The notes under the pieces are model-generated. The model saw nothing but the letters and a program-made list of their open reading frames with translations. It made no database searches and had not been told where the DNA came from. This document shows positions 13,286 through 24,800 of a DNA stretch of 64,000 nucleotides, one piece after another; the first letter of the stretch is position 1; each line of letters opens with the position of its first letter. The position numbers and the translations under genes are program-made. This DNA is from the human T2T-CHM13v2.0 reference genome, Homo sapiens, in NCBI RefSeq assembly GCF_009914755.1, contig NC_060925.1; one strand, 5' to 3'.

Positions 13286-15124
13286 ATTTCCCCATTTTGA
13301 TTGCTTTGTCATTTAGATCAATTATGAAAGTCCTGTTTTATTTTGGGAAAGACATTACTCAGAAGTACTTATGTGGATTAATCTTTATAGAAAATATTTA
13401 GTTATTACCAATATGCACTGAGAAAAAGCTGCAAAAGAAGAGATGTGGAGAGTATTTAGATGCTTCCAGGATAATAACTGAGAGGAAAAGCCACACTCTC
13501 CAGTTCATCAGAAAAGAGTTTGATTATTCCTTCATGAATCTTCCTTGTGAATCTCCCAGGAAGCTTCGTGAAGCTCCCTGAGTTTGGTACCGCAGAAGAA
13601 GCCCTCCAAAGTAACGCATACAGTAGAAAACAATGGATTTGAAAACAAATGCAAATTTTACTATTTGAGCGGGGCTCTAGAGGACATTCCAGTCTAAGAT
13701 TATCCTTTCATTTAATTCTATGATATACTTCTTCTAGCAAAAGGAGAAAAAAGAGAAATGTAAAAACACATGTAGCTCTATGGGGGCTCAGGTACAATGG
13801 ACTGGAAACCTCCTGACAAACTTAGGTCAGAGTTGCACTGATGATCTCTGTAAGTGACATAAACGTACATTGCAGATTGCAAGCAAGAGTTAGAGATTTC
13901 AGCCAGGCAGAATCTCACAGGGTGGCAGTGCCTTGGAATGTCACCAAAATCCTGGTCTGGCGCCACTGCAGATTAAAAAAATAGATTCAGTCAGTGGGCC
14001 CGATGGTCACTCTCTTAGGAATAGGCTCACAGGTACTTAAATAAGGAAAATCTAATATTTAAAGCAAAATGTCAATTTCCCAATTTATAATTGAGGACAA
14101 ATGTAAGACAGAGCAGAAAGCTAGTTATATTTCTTCCTGGTTTGAAAATCTACACGGGAAATAAGTAAATTGCATTTTAAAATTTAAATGAATTAAATAA
14201 AGGAAAGAAGAACATTTTTCAAGGTTTTAAATTGTATATAAATGAGGATGCAGATGAATGATAATGAGGAAATTTTAATTTTTGGTATTAATGGAAACTA
14301 TAGATATAACTCTAAGTCAAGAGTCCTATTATTATTCATAATCTTCAAATATGGAAAATCCCAAAAAGACATAGAAATAGAAAAAAAAACAATTAAACAT
14401 TAAATACCACACTAGATAAAGTAGGACCTGGATGGAGATGTTTGTATCATTGTCTGTATTCAAAGGATGCGCATGAAAAAAATGCTGAATCTTGCAAGAG
14501 GCATCTATTTTTCAAAATTTTCTCGATAACTTTCCTATTCGTAGTAACTTGGTTCTAGTAGAGTACTAAAATAATCAGAAAACAGTAAACAAAGTCTCTG
14601 TCTCTCCAGAGCATTAATCTGTATTTGTTTATAATTTTGTATTAAAATATTAGTAAAAGATAATAATCCTATTAAATTTAATTTTCAGGACTGTAGCTCA
14701 ATTATTATTGCCAAGAGAAACTATAAGGATTGAATGTTACAATGTTCTATCCATACTTAGGTTCAAAGAAATAATTTCTGATGCATCTTCCTAATTTATC
14801 AAAAGAAACATTTTAACAGCCTTAAAGTGACAACACTAAAATCCTCTAACACATTAATCATAGAAAATGACATAAAATATGTTCTAAAAGAGCTATAAGT
14901 GCAAATTCAATTTTCTATAGACATTTTAAAATGGATCAAGGTAGCTTCATTTCATCTTGAATTTATATTACAGTAGATAGGAATCTTTGACTTTTATCAT
15001 TTTCAGTTGGCATACACAATCAAAGCAATACATGGAAATGGATTTCTCATGCTTGAGTAACCAGACGTTCTCCTTTCTTAGAACTGTTTTCCCTACTTGC
15101 TGTTTTGAAATTCTAGGCTATTAT

Positions 15125-15548
15125 TTTAGATAAGTTTATGGTAGCTGTTGTAACAGAAAGACCCCTGAAGCTCAATGGCTTTATACAACAGAAGCTTATT
15201 TTGGGCCCACATGAATTCCAACTGGTGACAGGTGTGAGGATGGGCTTCTGCTCCATTTAGTCATCCAAGAATCTCTACTAAACGGATTCTGACATATTTA
15301 ACTCTTGGTTTCTAAGATATCCATATTGACATCCAGCTGGCCAGTAAGAGAAGAAAGAGAAAGGAGGGTTGTGTGCTAGGATTTCATGCACCATGCCTGG
15401 AAGTGGTGCACATCACTTCTGTTCACTTCCACTGGCCAGAACTGAGTCAATGCAGCCTAACCCCAATGGAGGTTAGGAAATGTAGTCTAGCCCTGGGTCT
15501 ACAGTAAAGAGAGTTGAGTGTGCCGAGCTGCTAGCTGCTCTCTGCCAA
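15125..15548. mobile_element. Old MaLR LTR (MLT1J/K-like)
   Basis: gctgttgtaacagaaag...ctcaatggcttta...cacttccactggccagaact...ggaaatgtagtctag. Confidence 0.65.
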
Positions 15549-16529
15549 AGTTTCCTTGTTGGTTCACTTTACTGCCACATCCTCGTATCTTCCCCCAACT
15601 CTCCCAGATCTCAGATTTTGAAAGGTGAAGAGCTTACTCCATCAGAACACAGATCCTATGGGAATTGCCTTTCAGATCCTTTGGGAACTGCAGGCTTAGA
15701 GTTCACATCCATCTGCTTTTAGGACAAATGGAGGGGCAGCTAGAGAGAAACTAAGAAAGTTCTGGGCAAGAAGATCTCACTTTGTTGACCCTTCTTCCCA
15801 AATTGGTGGCCTGTTAGCATCCTACATAGCTTTGCTCATTTATGAGACTCAGCTTACAACGAAAACATAAATCAATGCCATTTTTGTCATTTTATCAAAA
15901 AGCAAAATGCCTTGCAGAGAGAGTACTGTCAATGTCATCTTTCCTATTCCAATCATTTGTTTTCCTCCTCTAGCTGGTAGCACAGGCCAATCCTCTGTTC
16001 ACGATGAAGTGAGGGTGTCATCAGCATAAGTGCTCTTTCAAGTCAGGGGACATTAGTTTTCAATGGATGTGTACCATTTCTCTTCTGTTTCCTGCTGACA
16101 CAGGTTGGCTCTTCTGGAAAGACCTGAAGTTGTTCTTCAGGGCTGAATTGGTGAGTTTTCTGATGAAGCTTATTAATCAATGCTTGGCATAAAACCAGAC
16201 AGCAAAATATATCATAGAATGCAAGACAAAGACACATTAAAATGCCAGATGTTAAGGCACTGGACTGCTCTTACCTTACACGAGTCAGGCTCGAAACTAC
16301 TCTATCATCCTTGTGTCTCTTTGGTGGTTGACTTTTAGGGCTATCCTTTGCTTTTAGGGAGGGCTTGGTCATTGTGATATTTCCTGTTATTAAACGGAAA
16401 ATTGACTAAAAAAGGAAAGGACGAATGATAATCATCATAGCTATGGAGGGCATTTCGTAACTCTTTCAAAACCACAATAGGGCAAAATAGCAGCTGACAG
16501 AAATAGGGTGGGAGGGAGGGCGCTGAAGG

Positions 16530-16750
16530 AAAGGGATGTGGGTTTGAGTCCCTGCTCTGCTGCTTTCCAGCTGTGGAACTTTGGGGATGTCTCCTAACTA
16601 TGTATGCCTGGTCTCAGGTTTCTCATCTGTAGCTCAGGATATTGACTGTACCTTCCATATAGAGCTGTGGGGACGGATGAGTGAGAGAGTGCAGGTAAAA
16701 TCTCAGCACAATGTTGGGCACAAAGCAAGTCCTCAAGAACGAAAGCTATC
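16530..16750 (+). mobile_element. MIR
   Basis: gggtttgagtccctgctctgc...ctcaggtttctcatctgta. Confidence 0.7.
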
Positions 16751-16882
16751 GTCATCATTTTCCCCAAATCTGAAATGCCCCACGTGACATACAATTATCA
16801 GCTCAAAACAGAAAACAAAGATGGATGCTAAGGAAGCATTTAACATACAAGACTCTTGCCAGAAAAGGAGCGGCTATGGGGT

Positions 16883-17457
16883 TGTGACAGGCAGAATTCT
16901 AAGTTGGCCCCCAGGATCTCCACCTCTTAGAGCACGATTATCCTCCCCCAGTTACTTAGTCAAACACAAATCCAGGTGTTGCTGTGAAGGGATTTAGCAC
17001 ATGTAGGTAAGGTCCCAAATCAGCTGACTTTCAGATAGGGAGATTATCCTCAGCGGTCGTGACTTAACCAGACTATACTCTTCCTGGTGAAAAGATTCCA
17101 AGCATAGAGGGCCTATGGGAGGGGCCACATGGCAAGGAACAGCGGCTCCAAAGTGGCTGAAAGCAGTCCCTGACCGAGGGCCACCAAAAAAACTGAGGGA
17201 CTCTGTCATTGAACTGCAAGGAAAAAAATTCTGCCAATGACCTGGGGGGCCCAGTAGTGGATCTTTCCCTCACCAAGACTCCCGAAAGGAATGCAGCTCG
17301 GCTAACCTTGATCTCAGCCTCTTAAGATCCTAAGGAGAGGATCCAGCCTGACTATGGCTGGACCCCTTACCCACGGAAACTGAGATCATAAGTTAGCATT
17401 GCCTTAAGCCGCTATATTTGTGATAATTTGTTACCCAGCAAGAGAAACCTAATACAG
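16883..17457 (+). mobile_element. MaLR LTR (MLT1E-like)
   Basis: tgtgacaggcagaattctaag...gataatttgttacccagcaagagaaacctaataca; TG...CA ends. Confidence 0.85.
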
Positions 17458-18093
17458 GGTTCCATCTATTTGTTCCAAAGATGATAAAAAATGAGCCTTC
17501 CTAAGCTTTCCATGAAAATGTCAGCCATAGCTGCCTTTGCTTTTTCTGCAGTCTGGGGCCAGAAAGCCAGAGTCGTTTGAGCAGCTCGTAAACAACATGT
17601 ACAGGAGGTATGTGCATGCCTGCAGGGAATATGACTGTGCGAAAGATGGAATATTTGCGATCTTTTGTAATTCAGAATTCCGTGACCACTGGTGATGAGT
17701 GTTAAGCCCCCCCCTCTGAGGTTTCATATATCTAAGGATAACATTTGCCTTTTATTTGACAATACGGCAGCAGCACACTTATGCAGTGCTCAGCTCCCAA
17801 GGTAAAGCAGCCAGAGCTTTATAGGTTTCCTTATTGTGTGTTTAATATTTGCCACAAAAGGCAGAAGTGAACACCATTGTTTGCACATGTCACCGCAACA
17901 ATCACCGGGAGTGTGGCTAATAACTAGGAAGCTTGAAGAAAATAGCACTGTGCACTTTTCTTCCAAATAACTCATTTGCCAGTTGAAATCTGCAAGAATC
18001 TCCTTCCATGAAATAAAGAGAGCAAATAACAATAGGAAGCAATGTGCAGAGTGAGGGATTTCTTTGGAGTTACACTATTATCTCAGCAGATGA

Positions 18094-18420
<327 letters not shown>

Positions 18421-18860
18421 CCCTTTCTCCTGTTCGTCTTCTAAATGGGGTCTCTGGTCACATAGTTCTTTTCCCCGAAGCAAGTCACTTTGCTGCTTAA
18501 GAAAGTTAACTGAAAATTAGGAGATGAGATGCAGAAGAAATGGTGTAGAGCTTTACACGGGAGGCAATTTAAGGTCATAATCAGAAGTGTGGGCTTGAGA
18601 GTCTCATGACCTGGTAGTCAACTATGGACTCTGCCATTCATAGCCAAGTGACCTTGCACTAATTTTAAAATCTAGGTTTCGGTTTCCTTTTATGTTAAAT
18701 GTTAACTTGAAGATAAAATAAAAGGGTGCTAAGTATCTAGCACCTCGTCTATCATAGATTACACGCTCAGTCAGTGGTGATCATTACTAATGTTATTTTC
18801 TAAACTTCCCATCCAGTTCTCCTTCCTGCTGGTACCCTCCCCAGTCTACACTGTTGACAG

Positions 18861-19813
18861 TGATAGGGACGGGGGGCAGAGGAATTCTAGAAAAGGGTGG
18901 GTCCCTGGAGAAACCCTACCTTTAAGCTGAAAAGCCGGAACCTGTGGCCCAAAGTGAGAACTTATATCTCTGTTTTCCCACTTGAATGTTGCCTTTCCCT
19001 TAACCACCCATGGCCCCACCCCATGCCCCAGCCTGTGCCTATAAAGACTCCAGACTCAGCCAGCAGAGAGGAGAGGCAGCTGGATGTTGGGGATTACAGA
19101 GGGGACACTTTGATGGCATAACTTCAGAGAAGAAGCTGGCTGCAGATGGCCGGACTTCAGGGGAAGATCACCTACCTGCCTCATCTCCTTTTCAGCTCCC
19201 TTTCCCCCTGAAAGCCACTTTCATCGGCAATTAAATCTCCCACATTTACCATCCTTAAATTTGTTCATGTGACCTCATTTTTCCTGGCTGCAGGACCAGA
19301 GCTCGGGATCCCTGAGTGCAGATACAAAAGGCTGTCACGCTGGCCCTTTGCCCTCATTGGCAGAGGGCAGCTGCCCCATGAGACAAGGCAAAGGGCCCAC
19401 TGAGCTGTTAACACCTAAGGTGTCCACAGACGGCAGAGCTAAAACAGCACTGTAACACACCCTCTGGGGCTTCAGGGATTGCAGGCACCGCCCCCGCCCA
19501 CCGCCCCCAAGATGCTGCCACAGGGCTTGCATGTAGTTTGCTCCTGCTGGCACCCAGGAGTGCTCACTCTGGCTCCTGCACCCACTCACCTGTGCACTCC
19601 CACCTGTGAGGGGTGGAGTGCAGCAGGTCCCAGTAAGTGGAGTTTGATCTTGCTGGTGCCTATGCGGTTGGCTGGTTTCAGCACTCATGCATTCCAGTTC
19701 CCACCTCATTCGCTTGCGTGCTCCCTCCAGCAAGGTGTTGAGAGCAGCAGCTGAGTAAGGGACACACTCCCTTCGTGAGTCCCATGAAGGGGTCAGGGAA
19801 ATATCCTGCTTCA
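18861..19813 (+). mobile_element. Solo ERV1 LTR (MER52/LTR1-like)
   Basis: TG...CA ends, 4-bp TSD acag (18857-18860, 19814-19817), internal cctataaag. Confidence 0.85.
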
Positions 19814-20609
19814 ACAGGTTTATCTTTCAGTGATCTGATCCTGCTGCTCTCCTGCTGGGGATTCTGCATGGCTCTCCAGTGTCTGGATCAGAGGCACTGA
19901 GTCTTTTTATCCTCTTTGAGAAAGCCAGGAACCCCTTCATCAAAAAATGCACATACCCACCCCCCCGCCCCCTCCCCCCGCCCAACACACAACTTTACAT
20001 ACAAGTTCCAGAGCTCAGGGATCCCAGTTTTTTCTGTTTGATCCATACGTGGACTCACTTTTTATATCTGGGGAATCCATGATTTTGTGTGAATCTCGGT
20101 AGGAGGCAGGCTCTCACTGCCATTTGAGAAGTCACCCAGACTCTCTGCAAACATGGCGGCCCACAATCCAGACTGGTGTACCAGATGAGCTTCTGGTCTG
20201 GAGGATCTACTCCCAAATCTTCATAAGACTTAGGGCCCCACTGCATTTTCTAGGCTTAGTTTCCGGGACACCAGGTCATTTACCTTTCCCAAGTGTCCCA
20301 AGTGTCATCTGCATTTAAATATGCTGCTCTCAGAAAGCGTATCCCCATTTCTCTGCTTTTTTCCTCCTTGGCCTTCAAGTCTCCACTCAAATGTTCCGAC
20401 CCACGAAAAACTTAAATCTGACAGAAGAATGAATCACGTCCTCCTCTGCGCTTCACATTATAACCCAGCTGTATTGTTTGTTTATTTGTTTCTTTTATGA
20501 GATTATAAACTCTTTGAAGAAGGAAACTATTTTGTTTACCCTTTATCTCTCCCCTTAGTACCAGGTATAGGAAAAGGGCTCAAAAGTAGTATTTATTTGT
20601 TGGTCAGTA

Positions 20610-23406
20610 AATATATGGAAGGTGTCCAGCCTCACCAGTAAGCCAAATAAACACAAACTTAAATAACAACAAAATATTTTTTCATCTGTCAGACTTGGCC
20701 GAAAAAATCCACAAAAATGTTAGCAAGAATCTAGGAGTGATATTTTTCAACACTGCTAGGGGGTAGGACATAAACTGTACAAGTTCTCTGGGACAGAATT
20801 CACAAGATGTATCGAGACTTTTAGTTACATACATGTCATTTGACCCAGCAACTGCATTTCTAGAAATTTAGTCAAAGAAAACAATCACAGATGTCAGCAA
20901 AATTAAGACACAAGCATTACTTATAGTAGTAAAAAACTGGGAACAATCTATCAGTAGGGGATTAGTTAAATCAACTGTGGTAGAGTCAAATGATGCAATA
21001 AAACTAGCCAGTAAAAATGATCTGTAGACGAATATTCCTTAATAATTCATATTAAGTGACTACAATACATTGTTGAGTGAAAATAACTGGTAACAAAATA
21101 GTATTGTCCCATGGGAGGGGGTAGGAATACAGACAGACCACACACACCATAAAAAATTCAGAAGATACACACCAAAAATTTAATAGTGGTTATCTGCATG
21201 ATGTGATGACAAGTGATTTTTTTTGTTATCTTTAACTTCTGTTTGTTCTATAAAGATAATGTTACTTGTGTAACAAGGAGACACACATATATATTTATTG
21301 AATAAATAACTCAACTTAAAAGGATATGGTCACTCTTTTTAGAGCTCACTTAATTTTAACTTTGTTTGCTCTCTTGTTGCAGTCTCATTCCCAGTTTGTT
21401 TCTTAGAAGCTTTTAAAAAAATAAATAATACATGTAGACAGTGTAACATTCAAATGGATTCAAAGGGTGAAGAGTTTTTCTTCTGCCAGTGCATGGTCAC
21501 TAGTTACCATCCCCAGAGGTAGCCATTGTTACAGTTTTCTAAGGATCCTTCCAGATATACTTTATGATCAATATTTGCATACGTTGTTTCTTACATAAAT
21601 GGTGCAATACTCTACAGACTGTTCTGCACTGTGATTTAAATTTTTAAAGTTTGTATCAAAGGTATACATACACACAATTTCAAAAGCCAAATGGTTCTGG
21701 AAAAGTTATATTGTAAAAAGCAGCAGCCCTTGGAATCCACTCTCTCATCTTCCCCATTGCACGAATCCTTGCCCGTCAACACAGTCCACCACTGTCAGTT
21801 CTTTTAGCCTTTGCTTTTTGGATTTGCCTCTATATTGCTAAGTACTCTACTGCTACTTCTTAAGTTTTCAGTTTGCACATTATTCATTTATTTTTCCCCA
21901 TGGTAAATAATAATAGCTTTTTTCTTGCCCACTCTCCATGTCTCTCTTTCTCTCTCTCTTTCACTTTCTTCTCTTCATCCTCCCAATATAGTTAACATTT
22001 ACTTTTTGGTGAGATAGATATTTGCATTTGCACCATCATGAGTATGCAAACACTAAACTCAGCTGAGCTATAAAAAAATGGTCTATGACGACGTTTCCCT
22101 TCTTATACAACGTTCAGGTTCCCAGGAATTGTTTTCATGTGGTTTTCATGTATCTATCATGGACATCACATTCATCACAAACTCATCCCCAAACTCTCAA
22201 CCAAAGAGGCAAATTGCCTCTCAATACTTTCAGAAGCATCTTCTACACAGGTTCCATCTTCTTGGAGACAAATCTCTCCTGGGAGCTGCCTGTTCTCCAA
22301 CTCCCATCTGGACAGGCTGCCCTCTGGGCCTGCAATGTGGCTGGCATCCTAGGACTGGCAGGCAGCAATATCCTGTGCACCCCTCAGCATTCTCTCCTGT
22401 GTTTGAGCCCCTGTTTGCTGAATCCGCGCCTTCCTAACTGTGGTACAGCACTCTTCAGCGGCCTCCTGACAAAAGGTATGTGGAGTGTAAATTTTTTGAG
22501 ATTTTTTTATATCTGAAATGTATTTTATCCCCAGATTTTGTTAGTCTTTTGGCTAGATGATGAATTTAAGATTAGGATTTATTTTCCTTCAGAAAGTAAT
22601 TTTTTTTTTCCTCTAGTGTTTCTGTGAAGAAGTCTGATGCCACTCTGGTTCATAATTTTTTTGGTTTTGACCATGATTTTTTTTTAATCTGGAAGTTTCT
22701 GCAGCCTTCTCTTTGTGTCCAGTGTTCTGGAACTTAGTTATGGTGTGCCTCGACATGGGCCTGTTTCCATCCACCGTGCAGCATATTTGATGAACCTTCT
22801 CCGTAAATTCCTTTCCTCTGTTCTGAAAACATTCCTTCAATTATTTCTTGGCTAACTTTTTCATCTGCATTTAAGAATCTGCTCTTTTGCAGCACATATT
22901 GCGTCTTAGAACTCCTGAACAAACTGCCTAATTTTCTCGTCTTTCTCCTAATCTTTTTCTTCTTTTTCTACTTTCTGATAGTTCCTCAATTTTATTTTCC
23001 AGATATTCTATCAAATTTTAAACTTCTGGCATTATATTTTTAGTATCTATGAGCTTACTTTTGTTCTTGTTCTTTTAAAAAATATCATTCTGCTCTTGTT
23101 CATGGATACAAAGTCATCTTTACTTTCCTGAGATTTTTAATTATCATTTTGTTTTATTTTAAACTTTCTTCTTGTATTGTATTTATTTTCTCCAAGTTCT
23201 CATTTTTATGTTTTTGGTTTCTTTCTTCTGCATTACAGGTTTTCTTGGTGGAGGCTGGTTAAGTATTTATGTTTAAGAGTAAAGCACTAAGGCTGAGTGC
23301 AGTGGCTCATGCCTGTAATCCCAGCACTTTGGGAGGCCAAGGTGGGAGGATTATTTCAGCCCAGGAGCTCAAGACCAGCCTGGGTAAAATAGTGAGACCT
23401 CATCTA

Positions 23407-23441
<35 letters not shown>

Positions 23442-24800
23442 GGAGAGGGAGAGGTGGAGAGAGAGAGAGAAAAACAGAGAGAAAGCAAGCAAGCAAGCAA
23501 GCAAGGAAGCCTGCCTGCCTCTGTGTGCTTGGGTGCCAGCCCACCAAAGGCCACCAGACATTTTAGATGCCCAACTAACAGTTTATTTCTGCCCTTCCTT
23601 GTGGCTGGTCAAATTGCCCACAGAAGAACCTTCCAATTTTCTGGCCATATTCTGAGAATTGGGGGAGAAGGGCGCTGGAATTGTACCTTTCAGTGTGAAG
23701 ACTTTTTTGTAGTTCATTTGTTTTCATAATGGTATCCTGCCCTCAGCAGTGTCTGTGAAATCAGCTCTCAGTTTAATATTATTCCTTTTAAGGGAAAAAA
23801 CCTTTTTTCCCTGATGCTTTAAGATTTACTCTTTGGTCTTCAGCATCTTTACAAGAATGTGCCTAGATGTGGTTTTGTGGTTTTATCTTGCCTGGTTTTC
23901 ATAATGCATTTTGATAGCTTGGTCTCAGCCTTTATCTATTCTTCCTCATCTCGCCTCTTCTCTGGTAACTCCAGTAACCATACCCCCCATGTTTGTTTGC
24001 TTTATCATCTATTCTGTATTTCTCATCCTTTTATCTCTGCAGGTTTCATTTTGGGTAGTTTCTTCAGACCTATCTTTGACTTCCACAAGACTCTACTCAT
24101 CTGGGTCTAATATACAGTTTAATCCATCTATTGAGTCTTTAATTTCAATCATATTTTTCAGGTCTATAATTCTCATTTGTTCTTTTTTATAGTCTCCAGA
24201 ACGCCATCGCATTTCTAAAATTTACTTTTTATTTCATTGAACATATTGAGCATATTTTAGTTTTCTACTAAGTTGTCTTGTCTCCTTATATGCCTGGTTA
24301 TTTTAAGACTAACTATTGGATATTGTATATACAAATTGTAGAGGTATTTTGAGGCCTAGAATAAAGTTTTCTTCTTCCGGTGATGATACAGGTTTGCTTC
24401 TGGGAAAGCTGTTGGGGGAACTAGAATTTCCATCTTTCAGGCAGAGATTGGCATGATTTGAATTGAGGGTCTGTTCTAGTTTATCCTTGTTCCTAGTGTG
24501 CATCCTTTCAGAGTCCCAACCAAAAGTCCAGACATTTTACCAGAGCCCATCCTCTTCTAATTTTTATCTCTCTAGCCTGACTTGACTCCAATTTTTATCT
24601 CCCTGGACATGTAGGTCTTTAGAAAGCTACTTTTAACTTTTCAATGTCTTCTGGAGCCATATAGGAAAAGCAGTCCTAAATGCTGGGCATACATCTCTTG
24701 GTTTTTTCCTTTTGTGTTGTCACTAGCTTTGTTGTTCCCCAGTTTCTCAAACTCATGATTTTCTCATTTTGTCCAGCTTTTCTCCTTGTTCTTCGAGGGA
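20610..24800. mobile_element. Cluster of old L1M fragments in both orientations
   Basis: L1ME-like 3' motifs (catttgacccagcaactgcatttctagaaattta) and T-rich antisense L1 5'/ORF1-like sequence; boundaries approximate. Confidence 0.65.
23291..23505 (+). mobile_element. Alu left monomer (FLAM/AluJ) with (GA)n/(GCAA)n tail
   Basis: ggctgagtgcagtggctcatgcctgtaatccc...gagacctcatct followed by A/GA repeats. Confidence 0.88.

Noticed and set aside
14480-14545. DASCKI as a degenerate DGCCKIC short exon of the fossil gene
   Set aside because: Right position, but it needs two substitutions and has no pyrimidine tract or donor; not counted as evidence.
16275-16325. KR-HKDDRVVSSLTRVR resembling a secretin/VIP-family peptide
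   Set aside because: Lacks the conserved F6-T7, is cut by a splice donor mid-peptide, and no signal-peptide exon was seen; likely chance.
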